From: Alphaproteobacteria bacterium
Lineage (GTDB): Bacteria; Pseudomonadota; Alphaproteobacteria; RF32; CAG-239
Direction: 5' to 3'
Assembly (NCBI GenBank): GCA_017477035.1
Contig: JAFUXW010000002.1
Span: 1-54,308, forward strand
DNA: 54,308 nucleotides
Shown: one piece after another, positions 34,884 to 43,250 of the stretch
Layout: the number at the start of each line of letters is the position of its first letter
Position numbering within the stretch: position 1 is the stretch's first letter
The notes under the pieces: model-generated
Database searches by the model: none
What the model was told of the DNA's origin: nothing
Seen by the model: only the letters and a program-made list of their open reading frames with translations
Translations under genes and position numbers: made by a program

Positions 34884-35309
34884 TTATACTCCGTTAAATA
34901 AATCTTGACGTTCTTCTAACGCCCATTTTCTTTGAATTTCAAGCGAATCACCGATTAAAAATTGTTTTTCAAACACTTCTTCAAACGGTAAATCTGTCCA
35001 ACCGTAATAAGCGAAAATATCTTTTACACGCTGACGACACTCGTTCATGTTATCTTCTAATAACTCAATGCACCAAACACTCCGTAAAGCTGTTTCAGCT
35101 TTTTCACGGTTGTTTTTAGCACGATTAAGTTTTCGGCGATATATCTCAACCACAAAATTTCCAGTGCCACAAGTCGGTTCTAAAAATGTTTTACTAACAT
35201 TTTCAAACGCTTCGGGTGGTAAGTTATCTAGCATTTCGTTCACAACCCATATAGGTGTAAACACTTCGCCAAATTTTTTAACACGTTGTTTAGATTTTAT
35301 TAATCCCAT
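34884..35309 (-). CDS. N6-adenine MTase-like protein lacking the catalytic NPPY region
   Basis: Start at ATG 35309. GEVFTP (motif X) and EPTCGTGNF (motif I) present. Protein ends shortly after LIGDSL, before where (D/N)PP(Y/F) is expected. Confidence 0.55.
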   Translation of the reverse strand: MGLIKSKQRVKKFGEVFTPIWVVNEMLDNLPPEAFENVSKTFLEPTCGTGNFVVEIYRRKLNRAKNNREKAETALRSVWCIELLEDNMNECRQRVKDIFAYYGWTDLPFEEVFEKQFLIGDSLEIQRKWALEERQDLFNGV

Positions 35310-35932
35310 TCTGTAAGTTCCTTTAATCTTTGTCTTTGTCTTGAACACCTTATAATAAAACCCTGTTTAGATGTTCCAAATTCTTTTGCTAATTCTTCGT
35401 TGTTTTTATCGCTCCATGCTTGAGCTAACAATTCTTTAAAACATTCGTTATCTAATGCTTTCAACACTTCCCTTTCTCTTGTTACAATTTCAGGATTTGC
35501 AAAAAATATTGGGTCAATATCTAAATATGCGTGTTGATTTATTCCCAATTCTGCAATATACCGTTTTATCGCATTTTTAAAACATTGTATTTTATAACTA
35601 GGCTTATTACTAACATTTTCTAAATCCTTTCGCGATAATAACTTCCATAACTCAATTCTGCATATTTGGGTAAAATCTTCAACATCTGCCCTACATTTAA
35701 TAAAGTCACGACATAATCTTATTGAATATCCTATAAGATGTCTGTCTTTAAAAAGCTCTTTTTTAAAATCGTTATTGTCAATTTGCTTAAAGTTTTTTTG
35801 TTCTGCAATCTTCTTTTTATATCTAGCAGCACAATAATTATTACAAAAATAATGGTTGTGGTCGGTGTGAAAATTACTTGGTGATTTTATAATAGGTTCA
35901 CCGCAAAAATCACAGTGTTTCATTATTGGCAT
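35300..35932 (-). CDS. phage sigma factor (ECF-like) with N-terminal Zn-finger
   Basis: Start at ATG 35932 (GAGGTG SD). HCDFCGEP..HYFCNNYC. Region-2-like DVEDFTQICRIELWKLL. Region-4-like ELAKEFGTSKQGFIIRCSRQRQRLKE. Confidence 0.5.
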   Translation of the reverse strand: MPIMKHCDFCGEPIIKSPSNFHTDHNHYFCNNYCAARYKKKIAEQKNFKQIDNNDFKKELFKDRHLIGYSIRLCRDFIKCRADVEDFTQICRIELWKLLSRKDLENVSNKPSYKIQCFKNAIKRYIAELGINQHAYLDIDPIFFANPEIVTREREVLKALDNECFKELLAQAWSDKNNEELAKEFGTSKQGFIIRCSRQRQRLKELTEWD

Positions 35933-36152
35933 TGCACACCTCAAACCAACAAGATGGAAGATATTTCGCTTTACCTTTATAGTTGTTATAAGTTTGCAAA
36001 GTTCGAATATCCGTATTTTCATAACTTATATTTCCATTACGTTTATTTCTGACAATAGATTTACAACAGACATTACCTATAACATCTATAATCATTTGTT
36101 CAAAAAAATCAGATTCCCAAATATCACCATTTTCTAATTTATTTTTACTCAT
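35910..36152 (-). CDS. hypothetical protein (80 aa)
   Basis: Intact ORF in the operon. Confidence 0.45.
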   Translation of the reverse strand: MSKNKLENGDIWESDFFEQMIIDVIGNVCCKSIVRNKRNGNISYENTDIRTLQTYNNYKGKAKYLPSCWFEVCNANNETL

Positions 36153-36472
36153 TTTTTTAATCCTTGCTGTAATTCTAAAACGAATAAAGCATTTTCAACA
36201 TCTTCATAAGATATAAGTTTGTTGATAACATGAGGCATAAGCATTGTACATATAGCACTCTTTAATTCAAACATACCGTAACAGATATAAATATAAGCTA
36301 TAGCGATTACAATGTTATCTTTATTGTTCAAAGTAACAGCTTTATCGTTTTTATTTTGTATAAATGCTTCGGTAAGTATTGAATTAAGTTCATCATAAAA
36401 AACATTGTCAAAATCGGCAGGTTTATATTTAGCAAATCTTTTAGCTATTTCTTCTTCTTTTAATTTACTCAT
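36149..36472 (-). CDS. hypothetical protein (107 aa)
   Basis: Intact ORF, ATGA-coupled. Confidence 0.5.
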   Translation of the reverse strand: MSKLKEEEIAKRFAKYKPADFDNVFYDELNSILTEAFIQNKNDKAVTLNNKDNIVIAIAYIYICYGMFELKSAICTMLMPHVINKLISYEDVENALFVLELQQGLKK

Positions 36473-36786
36473 TTTGCAGCCTCATACATATAATCAAGTG
36501 CGTTTCTAATATTTGACAACGCTGATTCAATATTCTCAAGTGTTTCTTTATTGTTTTTGGTACGTTTCAAACTGCCGACAAGTCTTTCAGCTTCATCTAA
36601 ATCACCGTAACCGACCAGTGCATCGGTCAATTGCTCGTATTTTTCTTCATAACTGTCCTCACTGTTAAAAGCGTTGACAGTGTCGGTAAATTCACCTTGT
36701 ATGGTGTGACTAGAGCTATTAACGAGTTTAGCAACAAGCGTATTATCATAATAGATTTCATCACCTATAATTCTAATTTCTTTCAT
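36469..36786 (-). CDS. hypothetical protein (105 aa)
   Basis: Intact ORF. Confidence 0.5.
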   Translation of the reverse strand: MKEIRIIGDEIYYDNTLVAKLVNSSSHTIQGEFTDTVNAFNSEDSYEEKYEQLTDALVGYGDLDEAERLVGSLKRTKNNKETLENIESALSNIRNALDYMYEAAK

Positions 36787-36817
36787 TTGTTTATATCCTG
36801 TTTATCATGAAATGAAG

Positions 36818-36942
36818 GGTAGGGTTGGTGAGGATTTGCACCTCACATGATGGACGTCGCGCCTATATCCTTTTGAGATAACTTCCTTCACAAGGCTCAC
36901 ATCTAGGAAGCGTCTAGCGTCTACCTATTCCGCCACAACCCC
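36818..36942 (-). ncRNA. tRNA-like element (acceptor, D and T arms recognisable; no canonical anticodon arm)
   Basis: Minus strand reads GGGGTTG-TG-GCGGAATAGGTAGACGC...GTGAGG-TGCAAAT-CCTCAC-CAACCCT-A-CC. The 5' part resembles class II tRNA (Leu-like D arm). The central part, about 70 nt, holds two hairpins instead of an anticodon arm. Confidence 0.4.
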
Positions 36943-36992
36943 ATAATACTCGGCAGACTTTGACCGGTCTGCCAGCGGTTGTCAACACGCTC

Positions 36993-37988
36993 CTATCTTT
37001 CAATAAGGTATGAAGGAGCAGTCGGAGCAGTAGTAGTGGCCGTTGGGTGCGCGTACTGTTGCGGGGCGGCCACATTCGCAACAGGTTGGTTGAAAACCGG
37101 TTGAGCTTGCGGAGCTTGCGGCATAGCCATAGGAGCCGGTTGAGCTTGCGGCATACCGGCGTTCTGCACAAAGTCATAAGCCGGTGCCGGCATATTTACT
37201 GGGGTAACCGTGTTCACGCCGCCATTGTTCATCTGAGGAACGGCAGTACCCACATTTGCCATCCCATTTACTTGCGTAACCCCTACCGCAGGAACAGATG
37301 ACGGGTTTTGAAAATTTTGCGGTGCTTGCGATGCAGCTGTCGGAGCAGAACTTACCGGCATTGTTGATGCGCCTTGCGGTAAATTGTATGTTTGACGACC
37401 AAACATTTCTTCAGGATTACCACCGGCAGCACCTTTGATTTCTTTACCGAAAGCAACCAATTCGAAACCATTCGGGTTCCAATACAAACCACCGTCATTT
37501 TCTTTGTGACACGTAACATTCAAGTTAACTGCTACATAATCACCGGTTTTAATCTCGTTATTCTCAATCTTGCGATATGCGCCATTTTCAAATTTAAAAA
37601 TGCTCGGTGCAAATGCAGATGTACGAATTTTAACAATATAATTACCCGGATAACCTTCACGAGTGTTATACGGTACATTCGACCCTTTAGGACAAGCAGG
37701 ACTATCGCCGTTAATAACCTTCCAACTGAATTTCGAGTTTTCATATTGGTCCGGGTGTATATTAGCATATTGTGGATAATTTGCCGACACTTCCTGATTG
37801 ATTAACGGCCAAATTTGTTCCAAAAATTCTTTTTTCGGAAAAGCAACTTCGCACCGATATTCGTTAATCGGCTGACCGGCTTGGTCGAGTTTAGGTTGCT
37901 TCGTGTAAAAATCCGTTACTTGTTGTTTGACAGCAGGATTACCACCTACCAAACGACCTAACGGGGTTCTCAAATTTTCAATAGTCAT
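36993..37988 (-). CDS. ssDNA-binding protein, T7 gp2.5-like (DUF2815-type) with long Q/P/A-rich tail
   Basis: OB-fold-like core (IVKIRTSAFAPSIFKFENG...GDYVAVNLNVTCH), adjacent to DUF2800 nuclease and polymerase. Confidence 0.5.
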   Translation of the reverse strand: MTIENLRTPLGRLVGGNPAVKQQVTDFYTKQPKLDQAGQPINEYRCEVAFPKKEFLEQIWPLINQEVSANYPQYANIHPDQYENSKFSWKVINGDSPACPKGSNVPYNTREGYPGNYIVKIRTSAFAPSIFKFENGAYRKIENNEIKTGDYVAVNLNVTCHKENDGGLYWNPNGFELVAFGKEIKGAAGGNPEEMFGRQTYNLPQGASTMPVSSAPTAASQAPQNFQNPSSVPAVGVTQVNGMANVGTAVPQMNNGGVNTVTPVNMPAPAYDFVQNAGMPQAQPAPMAMPQAPQAQPVFNQPVANVAAPQQYAHPTATTTAPTAPSYLIER

Positions 37989-38000
37989 TATTTTTTCTCC

Positions 38001-38243
38001 TTATATACCTAAAGCTTTACGATATGTTTCAACTAAATATTCTTGTTCGTCACGGTCGGCAGCGTTCATTTTACGCAGTTTAATAACAGCACGAATTGCT
38101 TTGCTATCAAATCCGGCGCTTTTTGCTTCTGCAAAAATATCACGAATATCGTCTGAAATACCTTTCTTTTCTTCTTCTAAACGTTCAACACGTTCAATTA
38201 TTGAAAGCAGTCTGTCGGCTGCAATTCCACCAACTTCACTCAT
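38001..38243 (-). CDS. GapR-like DNA-binding protein (DUF2312)
   Basis: LLSIIERVERLEEEKKGISDDIRDIFAEAKSAGFDSKAIRAVIKLRK closely follows the GapR/DUF2312 consensus. Confidence 0.75.
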   Translation of the reverse strand: MSEVGGIAADRLLSIIERVERLEEEKKGISDDIRDIFAEAKSAGFDSKAIRAVIKLRKMNAADRDEQEYLVETYRKALGI

Positions 38244-39322
38244 TATTTTTCTCCAAATAGTTTATTACCAAGTTTGTTTTCATCAATTTTCACCAGCTTA
38301 AAACCGTTATCCGGTCGATGCGTGAACTGCGTTACCAAATCTTCCGGTACACCTGCTTTTTTAGCCTGTGCTGGTGTTATCAGCTTTTTAACACTGCAAT
38401 CAACCCCTGTCAACATTTCCAACAATTCAGGTGTTACATCATCGTTCCACGTCGTATTACCTAAAGCTTGTTGAACGTTGTAAGAGTTAATTTTTCTACC
38501 GGCTTTTAACCTATGCAATGCTAAATCCTGATACGCTTCATAAGATTGTTTTATGACTTCTTGTGCGCGTTTCAAGTTATCCAGCATCCAAGCAAGTTTA
38601 TCATCTGTCATTTCGCTATCAAACGCCATATTTGCAACGTCCACAGCGTTCATAGCGGCAATCTGAGCTGCAGGACACTGCGAAAGCGATTTGCATTTAT
38701 AGCATTGTGAACCGCTGCAAACCGTTGCGGACGGGTTATTAAGTGCGTTGACAAGTTGTTTTTCTAATTCATCAAGCTCAACAACGCTGATAACCCAATC
38801 TCGCATTTGTCCTTGCGGATGGAAAGGTCGCGGTTGATAAATGCGGAAAACGAATTTTGTCGGTGTAAACCCACAATAATGTCTGCAGGCAATAGCATGA
38901 CTTATTAATGTCCAGTTCATTTCAGGTTCAACGATTCGCCAACCGTATTTTAAGTCAGCAACGATGAGTATTTTTTCATCGGGAACTGTCATAACACAAT
39001 CGGCACGACCGCGAATTTCCCATAAATCACCATTGCGGTGAGATGTATCTTTTTCAACCTGACAATTCGGCATTTTAATAAATTTGATATAATCACGGCA
39101 ATTTTCAACCATTTCCTCAGTGATAAACAAACCATTATATGCTTTTTGCCCGATTAAATTTTCAGGATTCGCACCTTGATAAACTTGTTGACATAGCCAG
39201 TGAGCGGCGTTACCTTCATCGGTGATTTCGGTTGACGGGTTAAACGGTTCAACACCGCCTAACCTCGTAAAACCGTTACAAGCCATGAATCTAGGTAACT
39301 CTGTGGCTGTGAGAGATAACAT
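38243..39322 (-). CDS. PD-(D/E)XK Cas4-like exonuclease (DUF2800-type)
   Basis: Start at ATG 39322. ADLKYGWRIVEPEMNWTL core. C-terminal Cys cluster CSGSQCYKCKSLSQC. Confidence 0.65.
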   Translation of the reverse strand: MLSLTATELPRFMACNGFTRLGGVEPFNPSTEITDEGNAAHWLCQQVYQGANPENLIGQKAYNGLFITEEMVENCRDYIKFIKMPNCQVEKDTSHRNGDLWEIRGRADCVMTVPDEKILIVADLKYGWRIVEPEMNWTLISHAIACRHYCGFTPTKFVFRIYQPRPFHPQGQMRDWVISVVELDELEKQLVNALNNPSATVCSGSQCYKCKSLSQCPAAQIAAMNAVDVANMAFDSEMTDDKLAWMLDNLKRAQEVIKQSYEAYQDLALHRLKAGRKINSYNVQQALGNTTWNDDVTPELLEMLTGVDCSVKKLITPAQAKKAGVPEDLVTQFTHRPDNGFKLVKIDENKLGNKLFGEK

Positions 39323-39323
39323 A

Positions 39324-40034
39324 TTACAATCCTTTGCTAACCAAATCATTGATAACGAATTGCAACGCTACAACGTTATCATTAATTGCAGCTAAAGTTT
39401 GATATTGTGTACCAAACTGCGTGTTAACAGCGGTTATAAGATCTCTCACATCATTAGCTTTAACAGCACCGGCAGCCATACCAGCTTTAACCTTATCAAA
39501 CATTGTCTTGAAAAGGGCAGTGGCATCTGGTTGAGCAGTCGGTGCAACCGGTGTTACAGGTGCAACCGGTTGAGTGACCTGTGGTGCATAAATCTCAGGA
39601 GTTACCAACGGTGTCGGTGCCATTACTTGTGGCTGTACCGGTGCTACCGGCGCTATCGGCTCAGAGACTACCGGTGCTACAGGCGCTGTCGGAGTTACCG
39701 GTGCTACAGGCGCTGTCGGAGTTACCGGAGCTTGGACACCTAATAACTCATTTTTAACTCTTTCAAATTCCATGTCGGTGATACCTCTGCGACGTTGCCA
39801 AACACCTTTATCGGTCATTTTATGATTTGAGCTATGGATTCGTTCATCCCACGGTAGACCATTTTTATCGTAAGCTGGTCCATGCAACACCGGTTCTTCA
39901 ACCGGTACGATTGGTTCATCGGTGAGAACGATATCATTTTTTGACACTTCTACACACGGTGTAATATTAAAAGCATTTGCTACACGTGCAAATTCTTCAT
40001 CATTCATATCTGTAATTGTTAATGTATATTTCAT
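39324..40034 (-). CDS. hypothetical protein with PVAPVTPTA repeat linker
   Basis: 236 aa; conserved-looking GLPWDERIHSSNHKMTDKGVWQRRRG block; first gene of the leftward operon. Confidence 0.55.
   Translation of the reverse strand: MKYTLTITDMNDEEFARVANAFNITPCVEVSKNDIVLTDEPIVPVEEPVLHGPAYDKNGLPWDERIHSSNHKMTDKGVWQRRRGITDMEFERVKNELLGVQAPVTPTAPVAPVTPTAPVAPVVSEPIAPVAPVQPQVMAPTPLVTPEIYAPQVTQPVAPVTPVAPTAQPDATALFKTMFDKVKAGMAAGAVKANDVRDLITAVNTQFGTQYQTLAAINDNVVALQFVINDLVSKGL
39637..39729. repeat. 27-nt in-frame tandem repeats (about 3.4 copies) encoding PVAPVTPTA
   Basis: TACCGGTGCTACAGGCGCTGTCGGAGT at 39669 and 39696, with degenerate flanking copies. Confidence 0.8.
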
Positions 40035-40055
40035 TTTATTACTCCATTTTTTATG

Positions 40056-40084
40056 TTGACATTTAACATTAACCGTTTTACATT
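40056..40084 (+). promoter_or_regulatory. rightward early promoter
   Basis: TTGACA (40056-40061) - 17 nt - TACATT (40079-40084). Confidence 0.5.
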
Positions 40085-40103
40085 ATTGTTAAACAGTTGT
40101 CAA
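40075..40103 (-). promoter_or_regulatory. leftward early promoter overlapping the rightward one
   Basis: Minus strand TTGACA (40103-40098) - 17 nt - TAAAAC (40080-40075); nearly identical to the promoter at 53550-53578. Confidence 0.5.
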
Positions 40104-40130
40104 GAAAAATTTTAACGGAGTTGAAAAATT

Positions 40131-40700
40131 ATGAAAGTGACAATACCTGCAACGATTTTACAACGGTTTATAGCGTTATCAGATTTGAAAATTGAGATAA
40201 GCGGTGGTAAAATTTATTTAATAGGTACTAATAAAAATTTTGCGTGCGTACAATATTTAGGGGAATCAAAAAAGCCGGAAGATTCGTGCTATATCAATAA
40301 TAATAGTTCTCTCAAAGAAGTTGTTAACAGAGAATCGGGTATAGCAGGTTCGTTAACGTTTGACACGATACCTGATCTAGCAACAGGTTCAGTTATTGAT
40401 ACATTAGGACAAGTTTATACTGATTTTATTCATTGGCCTGACGAATCGGTTTTGGATAATTGGTATAATTGGTTTGAGTTATCCACAGAACAAAATGGTT
40501 TTTTATATTTTGATATGTTAGATATTGAAACTCTATGGCGCGTTTCACCGACAGGAGAATTGGTGTTTCCTGAAGTTATTGACGCTAATAAACCTGTAAT
40601 CGTCAGAGACGTTAACGACAATAACTGGGTTGGAGTATTTATACCAAGTATCGAAGGCAAACGTGTTCTTAAACCTGCAACATTACCGGAGTGGTTATAA
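40131..40700 (+). CDS. hypothetical protein (189 aa), weak sliding-clamp-like features
   Basis: ACGGAG SD; IYLIGTNKNFACV and NWVGVFIPS vaguely recall DnaN-domain motifs. Confidence 0.3.
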   Translation: MKVTIPATILQRFIALSDLKIEISGGKIYLIGTNKNFACVQYLGESKKPEDSCYINNNSSLKEVVNRESGIAGSLTFDTIPDLATGSVIDTLGQVYTDFIHWPDESVLDNWYNWFELSTEQNGFLYFDMLDIETLWRVSPTGELVFPEVIDANKPVIVRDVNDNNWVGVFIPSIEGKRVLKPATLPEWL

Positions 40701-42346
40701 TGCCAGTAACGCTTAGAGATTATCAACAAGACGTTGTGAATAAAGTTTATAACAGCTGGAACGCCGGTAACAGGAATGTGTGCCTTGTGATGGGTACAGG
40801 GCTTGGCAAATCGGTTTGTATGTCGTCAATAGCTTTAAACTTTCATAACCATTCACAACACACTGCTGTTGTTGCACACCGTAATGAGCTTGTGAGCCAG
40901 ATGAGTTGTCATCTCGCTCTTGCAGGTATTCCGCACAGAATTATTGCACCAACATCAACAATCAGTCAAATAACTCATAAACATCGTAGAGAGTTCGGAC
41001 AGTCGTTTGTAAACCCGTCAGCGTTAACAGCTGTTGTCGGCGTTGATACGCTTATCAGCCGCGCCGACTCGTTGAAATCGTGGGCAGAGCAGATAGATTT
41101 GTGGGAAATTGACGAAAATCATCATAATATTAGACAAAATAAATGGGGTAAAGCTGTTGAAATGTTTAAAAATGCTCGTGGACTCGGCGTAACTGCTACA
41201 CCGAATCGAGCTGATGGTAAAGGTATCGGTCGTTGGGCTGATGGATTTATGGATGATATTGTTATCGGTCCAACGATGCGGTGGGCGATTAATCATGGTT
41301 ATTTGGCAGATTATGAAATTGTATGCCCGAAATCTGATATTAACGTTGAGGACAGTCAGCTTAGTTCAAACGGTGACTGGTCGCTTCAAACACTTAAAAA
41401 AGCTGCACGTAAATCAAAAATCGTCGGTGATGTTGTCGCTAATTATATAAAATATGCACTTGGTCGTAGAGCTATTGTTTTCGCAACGGATATTGAAACC
41501 GCTGCGGATATTGAAGCTGATTTTAACGCGAGTGGTATTAAAGCTGTGTCATTAAACGGTAAAAGCGTTACAAGCTATCGCGAACAATCTGTAGAGATGT
41601 TTAAAACCGGTAAAATTGACGTGCTTGTTAACGTTGATTTGTTTGATGAAGGATTTGATTTACCGGCTTGTGATGTGGTAATTATGGCGCGTCCTACAGC
41701 TTCGTTAGCTAAATTCTTGCAACAATGTGGGCGGGCACTTAGACCACTTCCGGGTAAGACAGCTTTAATCATCGACCACGTTAGTAACGTTATTCGGCAT
41801 GGTCTGCCTGATATGGAACGTGAATGGTCGCTCAATCGTCGTGAAAAGCGCGCTAAATTACAACCTGACCCGGACGATATACCTCTGACGGTCTGTAAAC
41901 ATTGTCTGAAACCTTATGAAAAATATCGTACTGTATGCCCGTATTGTGGATTCGAAAAGCCGTTGCCGGAACCACAAGCACGTAGTATTGAGATGGTTGA
42001 AGGTGATTTGGTGTTATTAACGCGTGAAATGCTTGAACGGATGCGTCGTGGAACGGTGTTGGAAGCACCGGGTGACGTTGCTGCAAGAGTTAATCACGTT
42101 GCAGGGCCAATAGCGGCTAAAGGTGTTGCGAATCGGCAAGCTGAAAAGATTGCTGCACAAGCAGAGCTTAAAGAAGCTATTGCACAGTGGGCGGCCATTG
42201 AACGTTTGAAAGGGTTTGATGACCGAGAAATTTATAAAAAATTTTATTTAACAACAGGAACAGACGTATTATCAGCGCTTGACGGTTCACATAATCGTCA
42301 AGAATTTGAGAATATGGCTAACAGAGTAAAGGATTGGTGGAAATGA
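40700..42346 (+). CDS. SF2 DNA helicase (DEAD/DEAH-type) with C-terminal zinc ribbon
   Basis: Start at ATG 40700. Walker A GTGLGKS, DExH-like IDENHH, VTATP, CKHC..CPYC. Confidence 0.75.
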   Translation: MPVTLRDYQQDVVNKVYNSWNAGNRNVCLVMGTGLGKSVCMSSIALNFHNHSQHTAVVAHRNELVSQMSCHLALAGIPHRIIAPTSTISQITHKHRREFGQSFVNPSALTAVVGVDTLISRADSLKSWAEQIDLWEIDENHHNIRQNKWGKAVEMFKNARGLGVTATPNRADGKGIGRWADGFMDDIVIGPTMRWAINHGYLADYEIVCPKSDINVEDSQLSSNGDWSLQTLKKAARKSKIVGDVVANYIKYALGRRAIVFATDIETAADIEADFNASGIKAVSLNGKSVTSYREQSVEMFKTGKIDVLVNVDLFDEGFDLPACDVVIMARPTASLAKFLQQCGRALRPLPGKTALIIDHVSNVIRHGLPDMEREWSLNRREKRAKLQPDPDDIPLTVCKHCLKPYEKYRTVCPYCGFEKPLPEPQARSIEMVEGDLVLLTREMLERMRRGTVLEAPGDVAARVNHVAGPIAAKGVANRQAEKIAAQAELKEAIAQWAAIERLKGFDDREIYKKFYLTTGTDVLSALDGSHNRQEFENMANRVKDWWK

Positions 42347-42636
42347 CTAAAACAGCTATAAACATTTGTGGTATTTCATACGAAATCAAATATGTCGAGG
42401 GAGATTACTGTGGTGCAAATATGGGTAAATCTGACTTTGCAAACGCTAAAATCTTTATCAATAAAGACTTACCTTTAGATGTTCAAGATAATGTGCTATT
42501 GCATGAAATTATGCACATTTGTTATCGTAATGGTTATTTATGTAAAGAAGATGACGAGGAGAGAGTTGTTGAAGTATTAACAAATTTACTCTATCCGGTG
42601 TTGAAGGAAATGTACTCATGCGCGAATCGGCAGTAA
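42343..42636 (+). CDS. small HExxH metallopeptidase-like protein
   Basis: VLLHEIMHICY motif; ATGA-coupled to the helicase gene. Confidence 0.4.
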   Translation: MTKTAINICGISYEIKYVEGDYCGANMGKSDFANAKIFINKDLPLDVQDNVLLHEIMHICYRNGYLCKEDDEERVVEVLTNLLYPVLKEMYSCANRQ

Positions 42637-43007
42637 CATCACACGTGCGATTAGCGGCCGCACAGCTCAATGTAACCCTCTGGCGTAATAACTGCGGTGG
42701 GTTTTATGACGAGAACGGGCGTTTCGTGCGTTATGGATTGGGTAGCGAGGCCAAACTTGCTAGCTCTGACTGGGTTGGCATCCGACCGGTACTCATAACA
42801 CCTCAAATGGTCGGGCAAGTGTTAGGAGTGTTTACAGCCGTTGAAATGAAGCATCAAGGCTGGCATTATCATCCTGATGACAAGCACGAACAAGAACAAA
42901 AACATTTTATAGATATTGTAAATGCAAACGGCGGTATGGCCGGATTTGCAACTGGGATTAACGATTTTTATAGGATTATAAGATATGGCAACATTAATAA
43001 CAAGTAG
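42618..43007 (+). CDS. VRR-NUC domain nuclease
   Basis: SDWVGI...GVFTAVEMKHQG...QKHFID fits the PD-(D/E)XK VRR-NUC pattern. Confidence 0.65.
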   Translation: MRESAVTSHVRLAAAQLNVTLWRNNCGGFYDENGRFVRYGLGSEAKLASSDWVGIRPVLITPQMVGQVLGVFTAVEMKHQGWHYHPDDKHEQEQKHFIDIVNANGGMAGFATGINDFYRIIRYGNINNK

Positions 43008-43239
43008 TATCGACATTAATGAACGTACAACAGGTTTTAAACAAGCATTGGATTTAATTCACAATTCTAACTTATCACCTGAAGATTTACCAACAGTTTA
43101 TAAAGTTTATGAAGATTTACTGTTTTTATTTCTTTGGGATTTGCAGAAACGAAAAGAACCTGTTTATGATTATATAAAAAGTTTAAAAATTGATAAACAG
43201 ATAAAAGATAAATTAATCAATAGCGTTGAAAAATTGTGA
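42985..43239 (+). CDS. hypothetical protein (84 aa)
   Basis: Intact ORF. Confidence 0.45.
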   Translation: MATLITSSIDINERTTGFKQALDLIHNSNLSPEDLPTVYKVYEDLLFLFLWDLQKRKEPVYDYIKSLKIDKQIKDKLINSVEKL

Positions 43240-43250
43240 GGAATGAAGAT

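Noticed and set aside
36818-36942. Calling the tRNA-like element a genuine tRNA gene
   Set aside because: No 5-bp/7-nt anticodon stem-loop can be drawn. U33 and Psi55 equivalents are missing, the T stem is 6 bp, and the centre is about 35 nt too long. It is kept only as a tRNA-like ncRNA candidate.
36914-37805. ORFs 36914-37177 (-), 37047-37301 (+), 37392-37805 (+), 37532-37768 (-) and 37927-38301 (+)
   Set aside because: They overlap the SSB and GapR-like genes in other frames or on the other strand. The products are Arg-rich or low-complexity, and the region encodes a Q/P/A-rich tail that suppresses stops in several frames.
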